DNA of 64,000 bases from Tubiluchus corallicola (lineage: Eukaryota > Animalia > Priapulida): contig JAQGDQ010000028.1 in NCBI GenBank assembly GCA_030141605.1, positions 558,001 through 622,000 of the forward strand. The letters are read 5' to 3'. Under the pieces are notes generated by a model. That model was given only the letters and a program-made list of their open reading frames with translations, was not told where the DNA came from and searched no databases. A program made the position numbers and the translations under genes. Below are positions 23,671-51,300 of the stretch, piece by piece; position 1 is the first letter of the stretch, and each line of letters opens with the position of its first letter.

Positions 23671-26600
23671 GCATTTTTTGATGTGCGAGCAGTTTTATAG
23701 TTTTTCAAATAAGGATTCCCAATACACATAGAAAATAAAATTTATAATTATTCAGAAATATAAACTTGACAAAATATAATAAAATATTCTAGTAAAGGAT
23801 CATACAAATCTTTACAGAAGTCTGTACTACGGTATAGTTAATATTAGGTATTATCAGTACTTTACAATAAAAATATGCTCATTTGCTAAAAAGACAAGTA
23901 CACTTCGCACTATCATTGACCCGCTATTGTTTCATAGCATGCAACGTCTGATTCATTGGCAGTAGAAAGTTATCTATAGAAAATGCATTTGCACTATAGA
24001 AAGTTGAAGGTTGTGAAGGTAAATAAAAACAAGTGTTTCTCAATTATTAGTATAAACTGAAAATGCTTGAGTTCTCCCAGGTTGTGCGTGAGAGCATGAG
24101 TTCAGCATCATTTGAGGAAAGTGTGTGAGATTTGACAGGTCTGTAGTTATATCTTATTTTGCTACCTAATTTGGCGTTATTCAGTGAAATCGATTAAAAA
24201 TAACAGTAATGTCACAGTGTACAGAATTGAATCTAAGAGGGATCAAAAGTAAGCGAGAAATGTTTCATGTTTAAGACAAGTGAAATTACTCCTCGAAGAA
24301 TGTTTTTTCGGTTTAGACAGCCTTTAACTTACTGAACAAGATAGTAAATGAAGAAACATTTTGGCTTTAAATATGTTCTTCAATACTTACAAGTATCTTT
24401 GGTAATGAGATTAATAGTTTAAAGTATCACCCCAGAATCTTCAACATCTTTGTATCACACATTTTCTTGTACAGATTCAGAATTATGTACCACGAAGGCC
24501 AGCAATCAGCTAGAATTGGCAAAAACAGTTACGCAGATCATTACTCGAGATAAAGTGATCAGAAGTGATCATTAACAAAAATTTAAGAATGCTAAAGAAG
24601 AAAAGAAGAACACTGATGTGGAAAATTAAATGCAAAAAAAAATTAACTGCATTGGCCTTGCTCTGAAACCAATGAAGGTGGTATTTTTCAAGAGGGCAAG
24701 AGAAATGTAATGTAGGCTACTGACATGAACATATTTTGAACAAACCAGATTTGAGTGAAACATTTCTAGTAGGTTTACTGAAGGACAATCATTTCAGAGA
24801 GTAGTTCATAGCTGTCCATGGGCTGAACGTGTTATAGCAGAAGCCTAGGTATATAGTATTTAACTTATAGAACACTTAAACACAACATGTGACGTGAGCA
24901 GATTATCGTGGCTCAAAATCTACAGATTTAACACTTGCCTTGGGTTGTCAACAACACCAATGTCAAAATGATATTAGCTATTGTCTTTTGGTTGATACAA
25001 TTAATAGTTTACATTTTTATATAGTTCTATGTATACTGCATACTGGCATATAGGTGGTTGTGACATGACCTGAACCTATCTTACTACTCTTCTGTGTAAA
25101 TGCTAACCTTATGAGAAAGACAGACTTTGCCACAATTCTATCCGGTGGTAGTTGGTTGGTTGCTGCTTTTTTCTTCCAGCTTTTCGCTCTCGACAATAAA
25201 CACTCATTTTGCTTCTTATGCTCTTATGACTTCTCAAAGTGTAACATAGAACAATCCGTCATTATTTTGCCCAGAATTAGTTGTTACTGTTTAAGTACAA
25301 GACAATGACATAGTCAAAGAAAGTTGCACCCTTGTTAGGATAATCAAAAATACTGTTGAATAGTTGATTAGTTATGTTACACACATGTTTTATTAACAGC
25401 AACTTTTCTTATGCATTGGTTGTAAGAATTTTGAAAGCTGATGTCCAGTATTCAGCAGCAGCATCTGACCAGGTCAATGATAGATCTCGTCAATTAGCAG
25501 AGATCTGGCGTATGTCCTCTCTCTATGATGTAAACACCCAATAGCAGTATGAGTCATGAACTGCCCAGAAGAAATATTGATGCTGGGTCACCCATCTAAC
25601 TACTGACTAGGATCAGCATTACTCAACTTCAACACAAAACTAATTAATTTACATTCTTACTATTGCCTTGATTTGGTTTTGTACGAAACTGTTTTGATTA
25701 AATCCTAAAGGAATGGAAAACTATTAAGTTTTATTCAAACAAACAAGTACAACATGTTTAAATTATTAAATCTAAAGATTTAATACTCGATCATCAAGGT
25801 TTGCAAGGAAAAAAATACATCAGAGCTGGCTGAAGGCCATCAAATGAATAAGACTTTTCAAAAATATTTGGTACCTGCAATTTAAATCAATTGAAAATTA
25901 ATTAGTTAAACAGCTCTATGTAATTAACTTATAACTACAATTTTTGTTTTGAACCAGTAGCATACTCTCTAATTATCCTACTAGCTTTCTATTCAATTGC
26001 ATCGTGTGAATGTGCAGTTTAGAACAATTTAAAATGAGTTAATTAAACAACTCTAATAATTATTGACCCAAGAACATCCTATTGTTCTAATTAATTAATT
26101 AATTAATAAGGGATTGTGACAAATTTTTTTGCCTTGAACTAAGGACATCCTGTCTAATCATCACACTAAATCTCAACTCATTTATTTCAACTAAACAGTT
26201 GAAAATGTTTGACTGTCAGAGTCAATGTGTGACTACATACCAGAAATTTTTCTAAGACCCGAGCTAATGCTTGGAAATTGATCTTTTTATGTGGTTTTAT
26301 ACTACTATGTCATATGTTTTGATTCAGCATATTTGCCTATAATATAAACTTACTAATGAAATGTAAATAGTAATTTGCATTTGTCTAGATTGTTTGTTGA
26401 AATGTATTTGGAGTGTAGATAATTATCATCAAATCAATTTCAGTGGGCACATGGTGTACAGCATCTTCCTAATGAAGCCTGAGGCAAATGAATTCTGCTT
26501 GTATTTATTGATTGTTGTTTTGCCTGTGTATGTAGACAGGTACCACTTCTCTTTCTGGCTTCTCCCACTGTAGTGATCTGTGTGATGTTTCAGCTCTTCA

Positions 26601-26734
26601 ATGTGAAATTATAGTTTTACCATCAAACATAGAAGATGCAGCTATTCAGCTGTTATCTTGTTTAATGGAGTGCTTTGAATTAAGCTGCATTGGAACTGAA
26701 ACTTAGTCAGTACCCTTGTAATTTCAGTATAGAC

Positions 26735-26756
26735 ATGGATGTAGAAGCAACGAGCC

Positions 26757-26773
<17 letters not shown>
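26735..26773 (+). promoter_or_regulatory. Overlapping upstream ORF (MDVEATSHVWWK*)
   Basis: The out-of-frame ATG at 26735 lies in the same exon (acceptor at 26727). Its stop is downstream of the main ATG at 26757. Confidence 0.5.
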
Positions 26774-39180
<12,407 letters not shown>

Positions 39181-40880
39181 TCTTTCGTAAATCAGTCAGC
39201 TGACCTTGTTTGGTAATCTCGTGATGATGTCTTTTATCTTTGTTATCTCTGTTGATTTTATCTTTGTTATCAGTATAGCAAAACTGGTACCATATCCAAG
39301 AGTTAAACCATGTAAAGTCTGGACTCAACGTTTTTCGTATGTATGGTAGAAATCATTCATTCATTTGAATATATTGATTGGTTCGGGACATATTGACTTC
39401 ACCTTAAAATTAAACTTAAAATTTTGTTCTCCTTTTAGCTGATTTTGATTGCTACAGTTGCTTTTTCCATAATTTTCTTACTGTGTGAAGCATCATGAGA
39501 TTTTTCTGCAGAAATTGAGTAAATTTGGTGTTACAAGTTTATTTTGTAGAAGAATTTGTTTACCAGTGCTGTAAAACTGAACTTGATTCAGCTAGCCTAA
39601 ATGGCTAATTGCTGAAGCGAATGTAGTACTTAGTCATTATTACTTTAGCATCTTCCTGTTTGCAATCATCTGCTAAGACTTGCATTTCTTCAAATGAACG
39701 AGAATTATTGTTAAGCCTGTTTGATCTTTTTACTTTACTGAGCACAAAAGTTGAACTTTTTTTAGAAAATCATTTCTTATTACATGCTTAACTGGATTCA
39801 TAAAATGTTCGTCGACTCAGTTGCAACTTTGCCATACTAATTAGAACATCACCTGTGGTGCTTGTTTAAATGTCACGTCTAACATGTATTTTGTAAGAGA
39901 AAGATTTGAGCATGTGCTTGAAAGATTGATCTTTCTTTTTGTGTCAAGGTATCTCCTTGTATAAGTTCTGCATGTTAGAGCGTAAAGATAAATATATTTA
40001 ACATTGTTCAGTTTGTAGTCATATTTTAGAACACGTGTATTATTCAGTATTCATTATCTCAGATGACAGCATTTGCTGTTTTGTTTTAAATTTGCATAAC
40101 CAAACATTCAATATACTTCTATAAGTTATTCATTCAATTATCATTGTTTTATAACTTATTTCATGGCATTCCAAACCAACTGTTACATTTTTTCTGCATC
40201 TTATTTTATTCATATTTATTGTTAGTCAGCTGTATGACAAAATTTGTTTTTTATTGTGATATTGTATTTGCAATAAGTTAGTCCTTGAGTTTTCAGTTTT
40301 AGTCTTTACATTACACTCTCAGTAGGAGTTGTTGTTGAATCTATTTTGTGTTTTTTGCTTGGTTTTGATACCGCTGGACATATGCAACTTGTCACTTCCT
40401 ATTTCGTGATGTAAAATCATTTTCTGAGATTGTAAATCAATTCTTCAGACAACTGGTAAACGTGCTCAGTAGTGTCCCAATGCAACACAATTTTCTTTGT
40501 CTTAAATTTGGTTATTGAAAATCATTTAGATTTACTAGCTTCATGTAGAATCTTAGAACTTCATATGTTAGCAGATTGTTGATTCGAACCTCTTTGTTGA
40601 CTTTTTTGCATTATTCAAAAAATATATTGTCTTCTCAGGTTAACCAAAGAACTTCCATTATCTTATTCCACTCATTTTAAGAATTTGTACGTGTAAAAAA
40701 TGTTTGTACTGACCTCAGCTTTTCTTTACTCAAAGACACCAGAGATCAATAGAAAGATAGAGAGCCAAATTTCTTTATTTACTCTTTAGTCTTTCAATTA
40801 TCCTATTCATGCTGAAAGCATTTACTTCATTTTCTAATTATCTTATTCATGACCCCTAGACTCTCCACTTCAGTGCATTA

Positions 40881-40982
40881 GCACATCTAAATGCGTTCTA
40901 GTTTGTGGTACCTTGCACATCTAAATGCGTTCTAGTTTGTGGTACCTTGCACATCTAAATGGCTTCTAGTTTGTAGCACCTT
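40881..40982. repeat. 34-bp tandem repeat x3
   Basis: Unit GCACATCTAAATGCGTTCTAGTTTGTGGTACCTT. Confidence 0.92.
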
Positions 40983-43900
40983 ACCATTCCAAAATTTGGC
41001 AATCACAAAAAACTCAGCAGAAAACGTTTGAATAACCGAGTCTCTTTAATTGCATTGAGCGTAAATGTGCTGGACGCTTTAACTGACTGAGTGTAATTTC
41101 AATTCATTGCATGAAGTTTTGAATAGGTTTGTGTGATATTAAAGTTAGTTAAGGCAAACTTAGTAAGTAGAAAAGTATTTGGTTCAGGATTTGTGATATT
41201 TTTTCGCTGTATCTTTGACGAGGCAATGGTGGTGTGTTTCGTATAGTAGTGGAAAGATTCCATATCATTGCAATACTTACTATACCAAAGAAATATTTTT
41301 TTTTCAAAATTATATTTATTTACAGTACTAGTCATGTCTTGCAAGGCCTACCGAATCTGGATGTCTTACTTCAAACATTATGAATTTGTTATGTGACTTA
41401 TTTTTTGAAAACTGCTTCGCAATTTAGAATTTCATGTTTTAGTTCTGATAAAAGCTAGGGAACAATATTTTGTCAATTCATAGGCTAGCAAATTGTAACC
41501 TTACTGTTTCTTATAAATTGATTTTCATTGATGTTACTCATCTAGAAGTGCTGACAGTACAACATTTTGTGAGTGTGAAGGTAGATAGTACTACTTTTAG
41601 AAAAAAAACCATTTCTTTAAGTATTATTTTTGTTTTCCACATTCCAATTTTCTAGCAAATGTTGCATCTAAATTTATTGCTTCCTGTATAAAGTGAAGAA
41701 GTGTTGTGCTGAGTTTGTTAGTAATTTGATGAGAATTTATAATTTTTATTTTGCAAGTATTGAATGCCCACCCGGTGTTGTGTCAAAAAGCGTAATGTGA
41801 GTAATTATGCATTGTGATAACAAGTATTGTGTTGTAGATAGAAGAGGAAATGGTAGAAGCTAGTAAAATGTTCTGGAATCATGCACCTGTTTGTACTTCA
41901 TAATTCACATTCATATTCATATAAGTTATTCCAAACTATGGGTACAATTACGAGGTGAAACTAAGTAACTTTTCATTGTATGTTGCTGATTTTTTTATAA
42001 AATAATAATTATATAGTATTCTTTGTGGTCATTTCAATGAAAGTTCTTGTTTTGGGTCTGTATATTGTATTTACCTGGTCATATCTGGTATAACAGGTAA
42101 TGAAATAGGGTCAGATAAACATTTCATTGCCAGTTTGAGCAATTTAGAATCATAGTGTGAAGTGTGGAGTATAAAAAATTGAACATCTGTGTTGTGGATA
42201 CTAATTTCTATTCCAAATATGTGAAGTGTTATTATTACTTAACTGTTAAAATTTATCAATGTAGTACTAATGCTTGTTAAAGTTTGTGTGGTGTTCTATT
42301 GAATTTGAAAGCTACCTGTTAATTGGCTCTTATACCAAAATGTACCCAAATACGTCCTATTGCGTATGGACACATAATTAAATAAATTGTTAAACTGTTT
42401 TGGCAGACAAACTTGTTACAGTGTATTTTTGCATACAAAGGAAACTGGTAGTCACTGTACCAGAAAAATTTTACAATATTTTCTTTTGGGTATTAGTCCC
42501 CTATCGAAAATCAGTTGGCCTCTGTTAACAAAAATTACTCAAGGATGAGAGAGGTTGTACTCACATGTTCGTTCAATTTCTCATCTTAGAGGTTAGCGTT
42601 GATACCATCAAAACAATCTTCATGATCATCTAGAGTTATCTCCATCATTAAAAAACTTAAAATTCAATTGGATGCAACATTTATCTTTCATTAACAGACC
42701 AAAATATTTTACATTTGGTACTAAACCAAATTCTGTGCATCACACTAGATTGCAAATTGGCTTTGCTCAGTTAAACAACACCTAAACGATCACGGTTGTA
42801 AGGACATTAACGGTAATATTGTTTGTCATAGACGTACCTGTGTTATCGATTTTATCATGCTGAAGATGTCAAATGTTCGCTCTACAGCCCTTTGTTTGCA
42901 GTGAGCAGAAAGCAATTGTCGTGCAATATTGATAACTCGTTTCCTTTCAGAATCTATGAATCCATGGCATAAAATCTGTACCATGTTGTTTGGCAATGCA
43001 TTGCTTAATTATGATCAAAAATGTTCTTGTATTTAACTTAGTGCAAAATTTTATTCGTGCTAATAAAGGATTTTCTCTGGCTGACCACAATAACATTCAT
43101 TTTTCTTGCCTTTTATTTTAATCTATCTTGCATGTTCTTTCGTTACATTGACTTCATTCCCGGTTCTTGTTGCCGTATTAGTTTAACTTACACTGTGCTT
43201 TGTTTCAATGATGCTGTAAATATCTGAGGCCTATTATCAGCTTAATTGCTGTACGCCAAAGGTTATATTTTCATTTAAAAAATAAAAATATTTCATAAAA
43301 AACATGAACGTTCATTAAACACTGCGGTTGAATGCTCAAGCCCACAGTATATTTCATGTGTAGAAAAAATACTTATAATCAAATAACAATTGCATATCTA
43401 GCAATTGTTTATATTGTAAATACAAATAAAACTGTAGACTTCTGTTACGATTTAAAGACTTGTATTTTAGGCTTTTACAAATAAAACATGTTTCAATCAA
43501 TTTTCATTCTTAATCTCACATTTTGAATAATTTCATTTCCCATGAACGTAGCACACATTTTGCTACAGTTTTCTACACTTACAGAGTTTAGCACCAGTTA
43601 AATGATACCCAGTAAAATTTCAACAAGATTCATATAAATGGTACAGTTTCACGAAAACGTTGTGAAAATCTTCAACATTTTCCCGGAAACATTTGTCTGC
43701 AGAAACCAAAGTGCTACAAAATTTAATTTTCTGATCTTCAATAATAATTTACAGCGAATCAAAGTAAAAAAAACGTAAATGCAACATCGATGGAGAATTA
43801 CAATCTGCTGTGGAATTTTCAGCAAATTAAATTCACTGATACAACCAACAAGGTGGTACATAACTCACGAATAATAAACATTGTCAAATAAGAACACATG

Positions 43901-44283
43901 TAACAGACAGGTATGCTACCTACTCAAGTGTGTTATTTGCTAATCTCTTTAAAAAATAACTAGCCATTTTTTCACTTTTTACAAGTTTTAGTCTAAATCA
44001 CAGGCAGAGAATCCATTCATACAATGTTCATGACAAATGCCCATAACATATACAATAACTTTCTGTTTTACAGCAAAATAAATTATCACGGTTAAATATG
44101 GAGTTTAGCAACCCCTAATGACAGTATACAACAAAGCTTAGTATTTGACTTTTGTGCCTTTGCAAGAGCAGAAATCTTCAGTGTAGATACTAAAACAAAA
44201 GCAATTGAATAATGTCAAATACAAGTAATTTACAATATTAAATATACAACTATTAACCCATGAAAGCTCCCTAATATCAACTG

Positions 44284-44760
44284 GCCCCATTTCACACAGA
44301 AGTTGCAAGAAACAGGACATGTGGCTATTTTACATAGAAAGCACAAAAGTTTTTTATGTACATGCAGTTCGCGCCGGTGTTTTGGAATCAGATTTCTGCA
44401 ATTACATCATCCAGTTGCCATCATGAACAGCACAAATTTTTGACGAATGTTTAATGTTATAAAACATTAATGCTCATCGTCATCAGATGCACCCAATTAA
44501 TGAATTTCGGCATTCTTATATGAACAGTTAACAGACAATTATTTATTTGACGTTTATACTACAACCACCGCCATTACATTAATAAAATAAATAATATAAA
44601 ATGAATTCTATGAGAAATAAAAATTCCTCGCGAGGATGTAAGAGAAATGTAATAGCTTGACACCTACATTTGAAAGTTGCCATAGCAACTAACCTAATAC
44701 AATTTTATGAAAAACGATGTAGCAGATTTTCTCCTCGAATTGTCCTGTGTGAAATGAACC
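44284..44760. mobile_element. Possible PIF/Harbinger-like MITE
   Basis: Inverted termini share CATTTCACACAG (44288-44299 versus 44745-44756). No clear TSD. Confidence 0.35.
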
Positions 44761-45397
44761 TTTAGAATTTCGCAAGGTGTGTTCAACCCGCTGAAACACA
44801 CGTACGGCTATGTTCAGACTATGAAAGTTATGCAAATAAACACATAAGATCATTTGTCTATGTAATAAATTTCATAAGAATTACAAGAAGGCTTCGTAGT
44901 AATGCTCATCTGAGTGTCTTTTTGTAACTTTTTAAAACCTAATGTAACTGCTTTCACTTATTGTTTGAAGTTACAATTTACAAACTTCACAACTAATATT
45001 CAGTCTAAGATGTAGGTTTTATTTAAGAACTACTAGCTCTCACCTCATGCCCTTTGAATGAACTTGTGCTCAGCTAAAAGCCTCTTGCTTGAATGTTGTC
45101 TTTGTTTCATCATGTTCGTATTTACAATGTAGTTTGCTTCCATGGCCAAAGAAAAACAAAAGACTAAAAAACAGAAGCCGCTGATCCCGCCACATCCACC
45201 GGTTTATCAGGATAAAATAAACACAATACGCAAACTTTGTAGCAGAGCTTAACCTAGTCAGCAGGTGCTGGTGGCTTGTTATGTATTTTGCATAAACTTG
45301 TCAACTCTGAATGGGGATCGCTAATATTTTGGCAAACCAAGTTTCTATATATAAATACCATAAAAGGTGTGATAACCATGGTAAACAATATCTGTTG

Positions 45398-48300
45398 CTA
45401 TGACTGCGGATGAAACAGTTCACAAATACCAGGGTAAGCCGCTGTAGCAATGATGTCTTCCTTTGGCTTCTTTTTCTTGAACATTGTGGGCAGATTCCTA
45501 AAGTGGACTTCTCTCTTGAACAGCTGCCCAACACTTTTCTAGAACAAGGAAATTCAGTTCAAACACAAAAAGAAACACAGGCAATAGAATTCTCGAAAAA
45601 TTAGTAATAATAAACATAAAATCTAATTGAAATTTGCCGGGAAAAAATGATAGTTTTCCCAATTATAGCCAAAGAATTATGATGCTGCTACAAGAAAATC
45701 AACTAAAATGTAAGCCTGCATGTCTCGTTTAAAGTAAAGAAGACTTACATTTTGGAAAATTACATAGGCTGATAGCATTCTTCCTATTATGAGTGTTTAT
45801 CTCTGTAAAGTATTTTACAATGATTTTTCATTGGATAGTGAAGAAATTGCAACAAAACACTGCTTATAAATTAAAACCAATCCCCAGTGGAGGCCATTAT
45901 AAACAAATTGCTACTGACATTAAAATTCGTTTTTTTACAAAATTCTTTTTTTTACATTCTTTTCTCACAATCCCTTTTCATCATGCATATACATAGAGCT
46001 GTCAGCTTTTCTAATAAACATATCTTTGTTATTTAACTTTTTTATTTTGAATGAAGAATACTAATCCTTTAGACGAAAATCTTACTCCAATGATTTGAGA
46101 AACAAGTTTTTTAAACATCTCCTTCTTTTTCTTCTCTGGCAGAAATTTGACCGGGTTTGTTTGCAGGCAACACTTTTCGTCGAAATTCTGAAAAACAAAA
46201 TTCAAACAAAGTTAACGTATAAATGAATACACAACAGAAGAACTGATTTAGATTTTGCACTATTTATAGAGTGCCAAAAAATGGATTCCAGTTACATACC
46301 GAGATAAGTGTGGACACACAGGTCAGTGGGAGGATAGTTGTCTGGCAGAAGCAGAGAGAGATTGCTAATATGTTAATTAATAACAGCATGTCACTAAGTG
46401 TCAAAATGGCATAGTTTACGAAGCGTGTATGCTGCAAATTTCTTTTTTCAACTGTAAAACTGTTCATATACTAACAGAAATGGGAATTTTTACTACCATC
46501 ACTTGTTAAATTGTTACTGTGACAATTTTAAATTTCCATTTCAGCATACAGTGTTTTCCAGCCAGTCTGCATTTCGTTTAACCACAAATCAAAAATAACC
46601 ATTTGAGTAGATTGTTTTTAGCTGCCAAAACATAACACAATGACAGGGTATGCGGTAGTCCTTAATTTATTCTAATTTACTGACACATTGAACTTAGCTA
46701 GCCCTACCTGTGTCTACCACAGCTTCTTTGAATATCGGAAAAAATACATAGAGCTTTTTGTAAAATTACGTGTAGCAATTCATGCTAAATAAGCATGATG
46801 TTTACCGCATGAAAAGGGTTTTCCTTTTCTCAATCACAAAACTTATTTGAAACTTCAACATTCACAATTTTATGTACATAACTTCAAAAAAATCTTACAT
46901 TTAAAGATGCCTCTGTAACTCCAGGAATTTGCAGCATGACTTTAGCGACACTGGGAAATAATGGCCGCTGAAAAATAAACAAAATAGATATAGATAAGAT
47001 TACAATTCCTTCCTTATGTAAACAATCACGCTTTTATCACTTAATTGCAGACTCGCAATCAATCAAACTGCTATAAGGGTTACTATGCCCAAGTATACTG
47101 GCAATATCGTCTTCCTCACAAATATTCTTTCTAGTCACATAACCATATGAGAATGCTGTAACAATGCAAAATGATATCAAATTAAGAACATCCACCAATG
47201 CTACTATAACCAGCAATCTTTAAATCGGATAACTGACACAAATCACTACCCATCTAGATGTTGTTTTTGTTGTTCCTATCGAGAATGACATTTTGGAAAC
47301 AAACCTAAGATTTGCAATTTCCATGGATCATCATGAATTTGCAATGGATCATCATGAAACTTTATACGAATATACTAGAACGAATTGAGCATTGACTGGC
47401 ACAGTCAGATTTTTGACCTGCCATGGCAGCAATAACACAAATTCGGAAAAAACCTAAGGCCACGTGAATCCATAGTGGGTCATCACAAAAGTACTAAAAT
47501 GAATTTCACATCAATTAATGAAGTAGGAATTTTGATTCTCTATTTCAAATTCAAGATGGCAGTGAAAAAGTCATTTTTCCAAAAAAGCCATATGTTCCGC
47601 CAATTTGCAAGGGGTGATCATGAAATTTTGCAGTAATATGCTAGAAAGGATTACAAAACTTTTTGATCTGCCATTTTGAATTCAAGATGACAGAAATAAT
47701 ATCATTTTCAAAAAAAACTTTCTGCAAATTTGCAACGGATCGTCTAGAAACGTTATAGGAATATATTAGGACAAAAGGTACGTCAAATGACGGAATCGGA
47801 TTTTTGGATCCGAGTTCAAAATCCGACATTATAGTTCAAGATGGCAGTGATAACACTATTATCAGAAAAAGCCTACTGCTCCACCAGTTCACAATGGATT
47901 GTCATGAAACTTTGTAGGAATATACTAGAATGAATTCTGCATCGACTGACAAAGTCGGATTTGTCATCTTGAATTGAAAACTACTGAATTGATGTCATTT
48001 TCTGAGGAACCTAAAACCCGGAACTACACCAAAACCTGCAAACGAATACGCTAGAACAAATTTCACATCTATTGATGGAATTACATTTTTGATCCACCAT
48101 TTTGAGTTCGGCAACCAATACTTCGAATTGAACTTGTTTTTCCAACTAAACAAATTCATGTCAGCAGATCAACATGGTATTATTTCACTTTAAATAAGCA
48201 GCACCTTTACTGTACAGAGAGGAAACAGTTAAACGGTTACAGTGTTTACTTAGCTGTGAAAGCATCAAAACTGGTTAGCAAAAAGATGAGTGAGAGCTGG

Positions 48301-51300
48301 AAAATCAACTCTTGAATGTTTCATAAAAGGAAGATGGCTATGACTCCTCTTCCACTTAAGTGATTTCTCCTAGAATACAGTCTTCATAATAGTAATGAGC
48401 TTTGAGACTGGTGCCACTTTAACCATCTAGTAGTGTCTGCCACTAAGTGACAGATTCCTGCTTGCAAGGTGCCAAGCTGTATATTATATCGCTCAGCATT
48501 TCTATTTTTTACAACTAATCTGGCATTCTTCATTTAGATCATTTTACCCATGCTGCCTATCACTTAGTAAAATACGTAAAATGTACTTTCAATTACCATG
48601 GAAACATAAGCCTGTTCACCCAATAGCAGCAGCTGTGAAAGGCAGCCTTCATGTTGTCCATTCTGTTGTATGCCCAGAAGGATTGAATTCATGAGATGTA
48701 CAGCACCCTCTTCCGACAAATGCCTGTCATATATCAGCTGCGAAAAATATATAAGAATAAGCTTGGTGAAAATTGAAAGAAAGAATATGGCTTAATTTGT
48801 GGTTATTGGAATGTTACTCAAAATGCCATAAGTGAACGATAATTTAATTTTTAATTTAATTTTAATATTTTAAGACAAATGTGATGCAAAGTTGAACACA
48901 AACAAAATGGAATGCACACACATCACAAAGTCCAAGTTTTGATGCAAAACAAACTGGTCTATTTTTTAACAATAGAAGCTAGAATTTGCAATTGATTATG
49001 CTATTAAAGAACATTGACATATCCTACAGCACTGTGAAAAATTTTCCTACCACTAACCTATAAACAAACTTCTGTCGTTGAACCTTACCTGTCTGAGCAA
49101 AGGCCAACAGATGCCGACACACTTGCTACACGTTGCCGAATCGTTCAGTGAAAGCCCCAGAAATGTCAAGTGAATTATTGACTGACATATCGCTTCGGTT
49201 CTTACGACTAGTTCTCCAAGTTCTGATAAGTTTGTGTCATGTGGAAGTGCCATGGGTGAGTCTTCTTCCATTGCATCCGTAGGCACTTCGGCCCCACCCT
49301 TCTTATTTGGATTTTGGCATGTGGCCACTGAAAATATGCTGCAGTTTTACTAAATGATTTTACAAAGAACTACTGCAAAGCATAAAATTAATGCATGTGA
49401 GGTTCGTTTGCAGATAATTTGAAAAACGCCTGAAGCGATTATTTCCAGGCACACAAATTACAGTAGCAATAAAGTCACTTAGCAGATCCTTGCAGCTAAT
49501 AGTTAACTATGTCACCGCACCTTTTAGTGATCAGCAAATGCAAGCCATTGCCTACTTTTATCACTTCTTTTTAACTCAGCAAGTGTTCACTGCTGCGCTA
49601 AAACTCCGCCCACCCCATTTTGTTGACAAAATCCCAACAACTTTGTTTGAATATGATTTTTGTTACTGTACAGAATCTACATGCATATTTATAAGAGAAC
49701 AAGTACGAACAGATTTTTCCCTTTTTTAATTTGTGTTTTCAGATTTGGAAAATAGCTAGTGATAGCTATCTTGTTGACTTCTTCTGTTTTCACAGCAACA
49801 ATTCAATAAACAGCACCCTACCTGTCAAAAAACTTATTCACCAAGCTTGCTTATTTCATTTCTAACTTGGCCATTGATTTTAATCAATTCAATAAAATAG
49901 TAGTTAACCGAATTCTTGTAACAATCTACTACTACTTACTAATCTTGTCTTAAATATTGTTAATTACTTGTTAAAACTTCGGCTCAGAAACAACCAAGTT
50001 AATAAATCACTGGCGTAAACTGTAGGGGTTCAAGGGTTCAACTACATGAACCTAGGAGATTCCTATAGTGAGATTCAGACAGATGTTTCATTTACAGACA
50101 AGCCAATAACTTGTTTTAGTGACTTCTGATTTTACCACTAATTGTTGAACAATGTTTGTTTTCAATGTGTTCTTTTAAATTATTCATTTTTCACAAGACT
50201 GCTTTTTAATCACAATAAATAGGCAAAAAGTTGGGAATTACTAATTCTAATTCTAGCAAGCACACTTTCAAAAATATTTCAAATTTTTTATAGGAATGTG
50301 ATTACAGGGCATTCTGGTAATCCAGGAGACAAACCACGCAAGTATGCTGAAGTGATCAACGAGTTAATTTTCAAATTTTAATGTTTCGATTTTTTTTTAG
50401 TCCGCTGAACTTAACGTATCAATCGAAAAGTATTTCTTGCATACCAATTAAATCCACGTAATCTCTGGTCAAATGTCGAGTAATTAAGTCTTCCAAGACC
50501 TGTGACTCTGGACCCTCATCTTCCTCGGCCTCAGGACTACAACAAACAATAAGACTGCATTCAGAGGCGGACTGGCCATCACTTTAGAAATAACCAAAAA
50601 AGTAAAAGCTAAAAAAAGAAAAATATTGTATAGATTCTGGGACGATTTAAATAAGTCTTTGATGCTATAATCTCTTTATGTAAATAATACATATCCTCAA
50701 TTCCTTGTTTAATGAAGCTTTTTTCATTTTTAAGGACATTTTTCTGTTTTGAGTATAAGATATTAAGCACATTATAAGAAATATTCCTTCAGTAATTCAA
50801 AATTTGAGGCATCGGGTAAAAAGTGCAAAACATTTTCATTGCATCATGAAAAATAGCTATATATACACATTGCCCGTTATAAATTATTCAACATAACAGC
50901 AATATAAGATCTATGATGAAATTATGTGTTGCAAAAACGAGGAATGATCTCGTTTTTTATTTTATTTTTTGTTGTTGTTGTATGTAGTAATGTAGTATGT
51001 GCACTTACTATGCACACACAGTCGGATGTAATTCCATGTAGCAATTACCTGCAATGCTGTTTCGGTATCCTATTTAAGTATTCCTTGCATGCATCTGCAT
51101 GCTCGAATTTGTTCTTAGCTTACAAATGCCTTTTGACCTTCTCGTTCACACAAGTCAATTGTGGACATGCATTTAGTAAATTGAAAATCGTAAAACTCCA
51201 TTAAGCTCTTCGCTGTCATATGAGGTACTTGAAACTTTTATGTTTGTGCTTTGTAAATTACTGAATTTTGACTGTTGTAGTGATATGTGCACACATTAAA

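Noticed and set aside
24474-24630. Purine-rich exon-like segment upstream of the coiled-coil gene
   Set aside because: The frames tried contain stops and give no recognisable product. It is at most a UTR exon or debris.
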